Positions 48,819 to 59,722 of a stretch of DNA of 64,000 nt are shown here, in pieces. How positions within the stretch are numbered: position 1 is the stretch's first letter; every line of letters starts with the position of its first letter. The position numbers and the translations under genes were made by a program. This stretch comes from Magallana gigas (lineage: Eukaryota), in contig NC_088855.1 in the NCBI RefSeq assembly GCF_963853765.1, forward strand, positions 36,766,001 through 36,830,000. Reading direction: 5' to 3'. Under the pieces are notes generated by a model. The model was not told the DNA's origin and searched no databases. It saw only the letters and a program-made list of their open reading frames with translations.

Positions 48819-50137
48819 TTATGATGTAGCAATGTGGAGGGTGAAGTTCACACAGGCAACCAGTGGTGGATTTGCCTCAAAACTGAAGATTTTCAAAACA
48901 ATGGTATACGATCCCTGTAAGAAATACATTATCAAAATTTATCTGCATTCGAATTTAGAGAGATAATGATGGGTAAAATAATATATAGTTCTGGTATGTG
49001 GATATTTCACAAAAAATTTACCACAGGTAGGTCGTCTAACTTGCTGTATTGAATCGCAAATCTGATTGGCGCTATAAAAAAGTGTACAAAATATTATCTT
49101 TTGTATTTGTCACACATATATCAATTTTGAGATATTTTGATTTATTTTCAATCTTAATTTACATACCTCCTTTTTTTAAAGGGCACATTATTAAAGGGTC
49201 CAGTTGTTTAAAGAAACTACAAGATGTTTCTCGATCCACGGAATACATTGGGTAAGAGCTACCTTTTAGATATACATCAAGAATCCCATGACCTTTGTCG
49301 AAGTATGTTGCTGTCATGCAAAACAAATTACATGTAATTATACAAAGACAAAAACTGTAAAGAAGAAAAATTATTTTTTCTGTTAAATACATAGATAAAT
49401 TAGGCTTTCATAAAGGCGATTTTATGAAACAATTTTCATAACATCTCTTCTTGAAACGATCAAAGATTCTTGTCATAGATCGAGATATAACGATTACTTG
49501 TTTAATAATTACACTAAAAGGAATTTCGACTATATAACTCAGTCATATTGCTTTTGCTTACGACTGATGATGTCAAAGTATATTCTAACACACTTATACG
49601 GGTCAATCACTTTGGGTCTCCACGTAATGTTCAGATGAGCACCTTTTGGTCCTTTAAAAAAAAAATCATTTTAAATATTAACGAAATAAAAATGTAATTA
49701 AGAATAAAGGTAAAAGATATATAAGGCATTGAGTAAAATTGATTTTGAGCAAGTGTGTTTGTAAATAAAGTAAATGTTCATTCTATTTTATTACCACAAA
49801 CAATGACTGTTCCCGTATTGTTATCAGCTTCATCTGACAACTGCAGTCCCACCAGCGACAGCTTATTTTTCAGAAATTTTAACTTTGCGTCAGTTGATGT
49901 CTTTGCAAACAGAAAAGACTTGGAAGACCATAAGGATTCGTTGTTCTGTATGATCTCAAAATCCTCAATGTTTTTATTCTGTGATTCGACCCTTTTTCTA
50001 TCGATGAAAATTTTGTAATTGAATTTCTTGCTGACCGTGGCATAGCGTTGGGAATTCCGTCTTGCTCCATCCTCATGAGAGACAGACTGACTGATGAAAA
50101 CAACGACGAATGCCAGTTGTACCGATAGATTCATCAT
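48819..50137 (-). CDS. ML-8: secreted ML-domain protein, LY96/LY86-like, 240 aa (5-Cys subfamily, closest paralog of ML-7)
   Basis: Exons 50137-49795, 49651-49562, 49310-49167, 49071-49022, 48914-48819 (343+90+144+50+96 nt). Domain: C|GPKGAHLNITWRPKVIDPYKCVRIYFDIIS|PTYFDKGHGILDVYLKGSSYPMYSVDRETSCSFFKQLDPLIMCPLKKG|APIRFAIQYSKLDDLPV|GSYTIVLKIFSFEANPPLVACVNFTLHIATS*. Confidence 0.9.
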
Positions 50138-53100
50138 TAAGAGACTGCAACCAAGAAAAAGCAACATTACCCTTTAGATTTTTAACTTATATTTTGACCT
50201 CTTGTTAAGCACACTTGCGATTGGAAGATACTATTTCCTGTGTATCTTACAATCTTACATTTACACGCTATCTACCAAGAAAAACCAATTTTCCTTTTTC
50301 AAAACGGTTTTTAAATCGGGATTTTCTCTTCAAGTAGTTTCAAACACAAATGTACGTATGTTTAAATTATAGAAAAAAGGTTCCCTTGTTCTTGTTATTC
50401 ATAGAATTAAAGTGATATGACTTTTAAGGAAAGCTGAAACAAAATTAAACAATGTAGTGCGTTAAATTGGTGCAATACCGTCATTGTCATGTTAATTAAA
50501 TTTGATTTTGGTTGTGCATTTAAATACGGGGTGCCTGACACAAAACGGAAAAAAAAGTTTCCTCATAAAACAAAATAAGGAAGTGCATCAGACATTATCA
50601 AATTTTATTTCTAAAACGGACTTTATAATAATTTTCCTTTACGTGTCCGTTTAATGAGTTGAAATTATTATATGTATTCATATATCATGGCTGAAAACCA
50701 CTGCCATTGCAACCAAAGCAGCTAAATTCTAATCCCCCCTCTCCCAACAGGACTAAGTGGTGAAACGTTGGTTGTTGATTCATCCGTGGATGTCACCTGT
50801 TTACCAAAAGTTTTATTCACAGTAATCTTTTTCAGCTGAAGAGATAGATAAAGTTATCTGTGCGATAAGATGTGTTACCCAATATCTTGCAACGCGTAAT
50901 GTAGCAAGTTGTCTGTGTCAGTGTTGTGATATTGGCATTTGACAGGAAATATTTTTTTTTAATATGCCGATAAAGTTCCTAAGGCCGCTGAAAAATATTG
51001 AATCAAGAGGATCACACTTCTGCTTCTTTTTTAGATTACAAAAGAATACCACCCTGTCTGATTAGCTTCGAGCTGAAATAAGGTCATAAAAGTACAAGTA
51101 ATTGCAATATTACAATATTTTATAGTTCCTCAACTGCTACAAAGGTACATGTACCAGTTAAGAATACTTTTTTAAGAATAAAGATCTCTTCTAGTTTTTA
51201 AAATGCAAAAACTAATTCACTTAGTTAATGTTGGAAGAAAAAATAATTAATGACATTTTCCTAAATTCAATTAAATAAGGCGAAAGAAAGGTATACATGT
51301 TCTAAAAGTTGTAGAAAGAAAATTAGCTTGATAAGCACTCTATTTTATAGCTTTCCAAGAGCAACATATATGATTCAGAGATTCTGAAGCTAAAAAAATA
51401 AGCAAGTTAACTATCAAATCAATCAAATTAAAGAAATACTGGCATTTTAAGAGATTAACATGACTTTAATCGAATTTTGCTGAGTTGGAACACCTTTCAA
51501 AAAAATGAAATATAATTAAGTATCTGAATCAATATGTGAATGAAGGTTGCCTGCTTATTTACAAAATCCATATATATTTGAGGGATGATAAAATAACATT
51601 TTTTTAACGTTACAAGTTGTAGGGTAAATTTTAAACAATTAAACAGTTGAAGATTTTTTCACAAGATTTGCAACACAATGGTGTAATTTTCCTATGCAAG
51701 TGATGCGTTTAAACTATTAATCAGTTCAAATATATCATTAACTAACTATGAGAGATATTGTTTTAGACAACAGTTAAGTCTGCCATACAATTTCAAGACG
51801 AGATACAATTTTAAGAAAATTTAAAAACTTTTTACGCGTTTTATGGCTTTTTATTCTCACAATTTTATCAATAAAAGGAAAGAAAGGATTTAAACTGTGA
51901 AATCCTGTTCCGGTCGAACAATTTAAAATATAAAATTCCCTTATTTGTTAATCGTGTTTGTATTTAAATTTAGATATTTAACGCACGTAAATTAAAGATA
52001 ACACTTATGTAGCACATGTGAATTGATGACACCCGTATGGTAATTTCCTGTAGTAAAGGTTGATCGCTAAAAAGGTGTTAAAATTATGATAGCTTTTGGT
52101 TCTGCTTTGCTTTCATTGCAATTGACAATAATTCCGATTATTTTGAGTTTAATAAATTCAAAACTTGAAGGCATATGTGGTATTTTTTTCCTGATTACCT
52201 GTAAAAATTTTCATTACTTATGAAAAGATTTCTCAAAACTTACCTAAGAATTACATATTTGAAGTCACCCTCGTTACAGCTATATCATATGCCAAATATT
52301 TGTTTCCGCACATAAAAATTTATGTTTTGAAAACCCTCATTTAAAGTTGGCCACATGATATCATCAACAACATTGATAGATTCAAGAGGACAAGATACAA
52401 GCATGACAAGGAAATGTTTAAGCCATATCACATGTACTGCAAAACCAAGTTATGCAAAAAAAAAATACAAGTTAAATGTCATGGCGTCATATCACCTTTA
52501 ATACACTATATTGAATTGAGATTATTTGATTATGTCTATTTAACTGCGTACGAAATGGCTATGGATATTGCATCAGACTACTGACCCACAGGCCTCGAGT
52601 TCAAAAATAGCAGGAGCTTTTGTTAACTTTACATTCGAATATTTTAAATATTGTAAATAATGGGGTTTTTTCAAACCCGAAATTACTATTTCAGAGTTTT
52701 TTTTTTTCAAAACGTACATCTAATAAAAATAGCCAATAACCAATATACCCATTATTCAAGGTCATGGTCAGGTACATGTTAATGGCAGGTGCCTACAAAT
52801 ATATGAAATTCAAGATATAAATCATTAGCTTTGTTTGAGAGGATAAACCCGGGTTAAATTTTTTGGTAAACAATATGGAAAATCACGTTTAAATCTGTCA
52901 TTATATATTAAATATGAAGGGAATGTAAGTAACAAATCACTGAGTTTTGTCAATTTTTTTTACTAATGAAATATATCTAGAATGCACCCAGTCTCTCCAA
53001 AAAACGACATTAATCAAGTTTTTACTTCCTTTTAAAATTGATGGCAAAGGAAAAATAGGTATCGGGATTAATTTTCCCATGATTTGATATAGAATGTAAA

Positions 53101-54169
53101 AAACTGTTTTATTTTCTACTTAATTTCTTTAAAGCCGTAAAAATATTTATTAAATCAATTATAATAGACCAATAATAAATCAGAGCACTTTTGAATTCAT
53201 TCACGTTTATTTGATAACATTTGATTGCTTAAATCAACGCTGAATCCTTAGTAATTTTTTACTAAATATTTAGCGTTGATTTGAGCAATCGAACGTTATC
53301 ATTCGTGTAAGTATAAATACTTAATTCGAAGAAATACCTCTTCCATCCGCAAATTTTATGAACACTATAATGGCTGTAAGGTTGATGAATGCCAATGAAA
53401 TGGATTTATTATTCATTCTATCAGACTGTCTATTTATCATGAAAGATGTTAAAGTTATGCTATAAAGTCCTATGCTTTACCCCATGCATAATTTAATTCA
53501 ATGTTTTATATGGGTCATATTCATATGAAAGCTTAATAGCATTAACATTATGTTTAAGTCGTATATAGGATTTGAAAAAGGGGCAGGTTACTCTTCTCAA
53601 AACATCAGCAGCAAGAAACTTCAGTTTTGTGACTTCTAACAGTTTGGTAAAATTGATAAATTGAAAATTGTGGAAATAATTTTAATTTAACAAACCATAA
53701 CCAACATGTTAGCTTATTCTGAATATTCATAATCACAATCGATTACCAGTTCGTAAATAATAATATGGACAAAGAACAAGATTGCATACTTTATTTGGTA
53801 TCAAGTATATAAAATGTTTTTAGGACTATGCAGGGATTGTCTTTATTACATAATGTAAAACGAAAGCACAAACCACATGAATCTAGGATTAGATAAAAGT
53901 TATTTATTCTCTGTTTTCTATCAAACAGAAATAAATTCCTCAAAACTACAACATGTAAGGTTTTATAAAAACAAAAGTTGCAATAAATTCTAATTTCATA
54001 GATGACATTTTTATTACTAATGAAAAGGCACATTCCTTGTTTATACAAAGCATAGACATATAACGAATATGTCTATGTACAAAGTAAATAACAATTTACA
54101 TCAAATTAATAATGTTTATTAATTGAGTATAAATTACAGACAGGATTTTCTTACGAGCATGTTGGCTTA

Positions 54170-54171
<2 letters not shown>

Positions 54172-54249
<78 letters not shown>
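54172..54249. repeat. (TA)n microsatellite
   Basis: Direct read. Confidence 0.95.
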
Positions 54250-54251
<2 letters not shown>

Positions 54252-54441
54252 GGTACGGTACATTAATTTTAATCTGAGAAAGAAAACATTAGGTCTAGAG
54301 TTATGTTAAGTGAAGCATTATTTCAGGAGAGCATGCCATTCGAGTTTCGGTAAATGTACATGTAGTAGTATAGCTGACTATAATTGCTTAAGCTAGGAGC
54401 TACATGTGGTATAGTGCTAACAAAATAAAGTCTAGGAATGA

Positions 54442-56169
54442 TCAAACAATATCTTCTGAAGTCTTAGAAATGATTTGAGGTGTTTGAGTGGCGGACATAT
54501 GCTTTGATGATTCAATCTGTAGACTAAAGTTCAAACAAGCAAACAGTGGTGGAGGTTTAGCAGCGTAACTGAAGATCTTCAACAAAACGATATAAGACCC
54601 CTGTATAAAAAAATCGATAAATGAGAACGTCTAATGGTTTCATGATACTCGTGAATCAGCATTAATTCAAATTCCAAAGAACTCGTATACAAGGATATAT
54701 CAAACTCTATTGCATTGGTTTAAATTTCAACTGCAGAACTTGTAAACAGCTATGACTTCCTCAGAAAACTATATCTTATATGAATTGTCACATCAACGAA
54801 TGTTAAAAATATTGTTGCAATAAAAACAGTATTATTTTGTGTGCATACAATCTAAATAATAATTCATTTAGAAATTTTAGCATTGAATTCTCTGTTGGTT
54901 CTCTTTGTGTCTTTTACTGTGAACAAGAACCACAACAAACTTTTTGCTTTTAGTTTTAGAGCATTATGAAACACTAAGGTAAAACCAGTCTATTGCACCA
55001 AAATCCTTCGTTATTACAGGACAGTGCTTGGTGAAAGCTACATGCAAAAATAACATTTACATGTACATACTAGAGAAAAAATACTTACAGCAGGTTGTAA
55101 TTGTGTTTCGCTGTACTTAAACGATATGCGGAAACCATCTGTAAAAATAAAAGAGATGGAGAGAATGTTAGTTTATACGTTAAAATAAATGACGAATGAA
55201 AATATGTTTTAAAACACGATAAAACAACTGCATAAAGCTTAATAGAAATAAGACTCAGTTTCCGTACTCCCTCTTTTTATAGGACATCTTATAAGTGGGA
55301 CCCAATTATTGATGTCAGTGCAGGTTATCCCTTCATCAATAGAGAAAACTGGGTTGGGTATACCCTTTCTATAGACATCTATGCGAGCGAGACCCTCCTT
55401 AAAATCGATGGCTGTTGAGCAAAAAAAAATATTGATAGTTTCGTTTGATCATTCATATTTCTTTGAATAATGCAATATGTGATTTCGAATACGTCTTACG
55501 ATAAACAAGATCCAGGTATATCTGGACTGATTTTTCGGTACTGATGACTTTTGGTTTCCATGTTATGTTCAGATGAGCACCTTCTGGTCCTTTGAAAAAA
55601 CAGAAAATTGATAATATTAATTAACTGCCTTTATTTTACTGAAAATAAAACTTTAAGTTTCAAAACTCCTTGAATATTTGAACTATTAGTTGTAGACACA
55701 AAAATCGTTTATATACAAGCTTTATTAAATACAAATCCTGAAATATAAGTACCTGGCAGCATATAAGTATGTTTCAAAACGGTTGTCCAATATTCAATGA
55801 AGAAACGTGCATCATTATAAAAAAAAGTAAAAGATATTTACCACAAACAAATGCTGTTCCTGTGCTGTTATCAGTATTATTGAACCACTGTAAACCTTTT
55901 GATTGGAACATATCATTATTCAATTTAAAGGCATTGGATATTTTCGTTAAAAAAGAAGACAGCTGAGATTTATTGGATTCCTTTTCCTCAGCATTCTCTC
56001 TCACTGTTACACTTTTTGTCTCGCCTATTCGTATAATCTCTTCGACATTGATTTTTTTGTCGAATAGAAGATAGTTTGTGTGTCCTTTTACTTCTTTGTC
56101 CTTTTGTGAGAAGGAGATACTGCTGAAAACAGCTATAGATGCCAACAGTTGTACAGCTAGGATTTTCAT
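54442..56169 (-). CDS. ML-9: secreted ML-domain protein, LY96/LY86-like, 256 aa
   Basis: Exons 56169-55842, 55589-55500, 55411-55268, 55138-55089, 54600-54442 (328+90+144+50+159 nt). Domain: C|GPEGAHLNITWKPKVISTEKSVQIYLDLVY|PIDFKEGLARIDVYRKGIPNPVFSIDEGITCTDINNWVPLIRCPIKRG|NGFRISFKYSETQLQPA|GSYIVLLKIFSYAAKPPPLFACLNFSLQIESSKHMSATQTPQIISKTSEDIV*. Confidence 0.9.
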
Positions 56170-56559
56170 TGTCACGGTCGTTGTCTAAGAGTAAGAAAAA
56201 CAAATAAAGCAACTTAAATAACATTGTTACTTCCTGGATTACCGGTAGCAAGGTTAATAAATCTATATTTTACGACAATGTTTTAAATGAAGTATGCTTA
56301 TTTTTTTTTAGGGAAATTGCTACCTTCTTTTTATTTTGATAATTTTTTTTTCTTCAAAATATCTGAATCTCCTGCTTTTTTCGTCTTTGGAGTCTTGATT
56401 AGTGGCATATTACTACATTTGTTTTAGATTACAATAAGATACGAGTGTCCATGAAACTAATGGTAATCAAAGTACTGAAGAACTGACGGGAGTTGATTTT
56501 GTCGATGTTTATTTATTTTAAAATCAATGATATGTTATTTTGCATAAGTACATGTACAC

Positions 56560-56966
56560 TACCGATCAGACCCAATCTAACACCAGAGTAAACCCCAACT
56601 AAACCCCGGGTTTAATTTCTGGGTTTACTTTGGTTTTACTTTTTGAAAATTTGGGTCCACTCGGGGTTTACTTTGGGTTTACTCGAGAATTGCTTTTGGA
56701 GTCAACTATACGCACTGAAGTGTAAAGCTGACCTGTATTTTATCTTATCATCCTACTGCCTGTGATTCCTGCCCCTTGTATATATTCAGAATACACATGT
56801 AGCGTCTGTTTTCAGGGTATACTTCTGATCGGGGTTTACTCTCTGTGTCCACTCTGGGTTTACTTGGGGTTTACTCTGGGTTTACTCTGGGTCCACTCTA
56901 GTAAACCCAGAGTAAACCCAGGGTTTAGTTGGGGTTTACTTTCTGTTAGGTTGGGTCTGATCGGTA
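56560..56966. mobile_element. MITE with ~45 bp imperfect TIRs and multiple internal GGGTTTACT repeats
   Basis: Left taccgatcagacccaatctaac...gagtaaaccccaactaaaccc; right gggtttagttggggtttact...gttaggttgggtctgatcggta; TA at both ends. Confidence 0.8.
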
Positions 56967-58117
56967 CTGTAGTTTCTTAGAATTTGAATTACGCACATTT
57001 TTATAATATGAATTTTTGGACTTTTTCGACAAGAATGTCGAGAAACCCCCATATGAATCATGTTAAATAATATTTAAAGATAAAATTGATATAATCAAAC
57101 TATGTATCAGAAATAGAAATATTTCTCGAAAACGCTCGGCTGACATCGTAAATCTCCGACAAGGATTTACGGAGACAGCCGATGTTCGAGTTGAACGAGA
57201 CTATATTGAACTCTGCCGTAGGAATACATACGACTACAAAAAATATTTAAATTGTTCGCACCATTTAAAATCTGACTATTTTCAAGGTATTTATAAATCA
57301 GTTTCCTTGAAAAACAATGCTTTAGAATACATTACATCGAATTTATCAATTATTTTCAAGAACGAAGTCTTGTCAGCAGCAATGATTTGTGCTGAGGTCC
57401 AAACACTGTTTCACTTTCGGTTTGTCTGAGTAATTGCATAGGAGAGTTGATTAAAATCAACTCCCAAAAACGGCAATTTAACAATACTAACGACACAGAA
57501 ATCAAATTTTGAACAAGATGCAAAAAGAAACTAAATTTATTATAAACAAAAACATTATGACGAGTATATCTTTTTAAAAAGGATCTATTTTAAAACTTTT
57601 ACTCATTATAGAAAAATTAATACATTTTATTTTCAATACCAAATATATATACTAGTATTGATTATAATTAAATGTGATGCATATGAACTTTAACTGAATT
57701 CCAATATCAATCCAGTTTACGATCTTTAAAGTTGTGAAAAGCTGATCACCGTGATAAGTATAAAAGTAAGTAAGCGATAACACTCTTATATTAGTTGAAT
57801 AAAACAGGATTGACCATATGTATGCAAATTAATAAACAAATTAACTGTGCATTACATGCTGATAAAAAGTTGGAAAAAAGAGAGAGAGAAAAGGAAAGGA
57901 ATTCAAATGACTTCAGACTAACCTTTTTCTTCGTTATGGTTTTCCACAGGGTACTGTTTTTAAAAATGCTAACAAAAGTGTGTGTGTGTGGGGGGGGGGG
58001 GGATGAGTAGTACTTATAAGAGATTTACAACTTCCTAGTTCATTTCGATGATTGTTTGCACCATCTGAGGCATCAGTGGTGCATTGAAGAGGTTTCCTCT
58101 TTAGTACTTTTCTATTT

Positions 58118-58420
58118 TCAGTGTATTTTGTGTAAAAATGAAGTGGCAATATTTTGTTCAGTGGTAGAGCTTGTTACAGCTTTAAACGCCTTTTCTATCA
58201 ATAAAAATAGTGATAAAAGCAAACGGAATAAGTTTTCCTTTGGAACAGCGCACTCCTCCACATCTTCTAATGTTTCCAGTCTTTTGACGACATATCGGAT
58301 GATCTCCGTAATGCTTTTCAATCACGGCATATTTTGACAGTGTCTTTCCTCTCCTTCTTCTCGGAAAAATGGGACAATAACAATAAAGACAAAAACAGTA
58401 TAAACGAAAATAAAGTTATA
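58118..58420 (-). pseudogene. Orphan, frameshifted ML exon-1 relic
   Basis: Minus strand reads hydrophobic codons then ...GAAGGAGAGGAAAGA...AAATATGCCGTG...GGAGATCATCCGATAT, matching ML-2 exon 1 (EDGEGRG.PKYAVV...EIIRFG). Frameshifts present, no ATG at the family position, and no exons 2-5 found between it and ML-9. Boundaries approximate. Confidence 0.7.
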
Positions 58421-59722
58421 TAGGTATGTTTTTAATGGCTTTAAAACAAGTATGAACAATTATCTCAACTTTTGTGACTTATTTCGTTATTACAAATTCG
58501 ATGTAAAATTATTGGAGAGTTTCGAGTTTGGTGGGGGGGGGGGGGGGGAGGGGGGGGGGGGTTGGAGCTTTTTTATAACATATTTCCCTTGTAAAAGTAG
58601 TCAGAAAGTGTGTAATTTACTTTGTGAAAAGTCAACATAAAGAAACAACATTTTCCAAACACAAATATTCAAATGAAGGTGAAAAACAAGAATTCTATCA
58701 TTAATTACGAAAAAACGTCTTCCAAAGATGAAACAATACCTCCTGCTTAGTCGCTGCTTTAAATTAACCATTGAACCAAATAGACGTGACAGCTATCACT
58801 TTATGCAAGTTTACATTGAAAAAAAAGCAACAACATTTTCGATAATATTCGGAGTTCTTTTAAACAAACATTACAAAACGGGATAACATTTTATTAATAT
58901 AATCTAAACGATACCCTTTATGCTGTGTGTTGAAATAAATATGAAGGTTACAATAAATACAACATTTGTTATTATAAATATTCGTCACATAAGAGCAACT
59001 TTTTTTATCAGGAATAAATCAAGATTGAATAAAGAATGTGACATGCAATGAATGTCAAGGGAATTTGCCCAGTTGGCAGAATTGTTACCTTTCTTCTTCT
59101 TCTTCTTCTTTTTCTTCTTATGAAAAACGTTTTCTGCTGTTTGGTAGGTAAAGTTTTGTTAATTACAAGCGTTAACCTACTTCACGCGAGACAAGCCACC
59201 AAACGGTGGACTGTGTTCGTCCTGATCAAGGAGATTTTTAACATCACAGCTATAGTCATTTCAGACTTTGATGTTTCGATTGTTGTTTTTTACCTTTATT
59301 ATTAAGAAGACAATAATATGATTTCGAGAATGAAGGACACATTGTGTTTGTTTTCATTCAGTCATTCTTTATTCCTTTTAGGCTTTACAACACATCAGTA
59401 TTGACATAGATATAATATAGATTCCATACATATAAACAGATGAACAAGAGCTAGAATGGACAAAATGCCTTAATTAGTTAAGGTAACATAATATCATTTC
59501 GCAATATTAATCTACACTTTTATTATATATATTCTTTCAAATTCTGTTCATACCTTTTGAATTTTCTGAGTTTAAAAGTTGCACAAGTTTGATCATTGAA
59601 GGCCTTTTCCAAAAATAATGTTTGATATATTTTTTCCATTATCTATGTCATGGGAATTTAAAATGTGAGATTGTATAATTAAGATATGCAAATAGAAATT
59701 GGATTAGCAACATATGTTTTGT

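Noticed and set aside
37955-50137. ML-7/ML-8 as an assembly artefact (uncollapsed haplotypes)
   Set aside because: Many coding differences, indels in exons 1 and 5, and unrelated flanking DNA including an intervening gene. Read depth would still be the formal test.
59048-59305. Plus-strand ORF with a poly-Leu stretch
   Set aside because: Driven by a short (CTT)n tract in AT-rich DNA downstream of ML-10; no recognisable domain.
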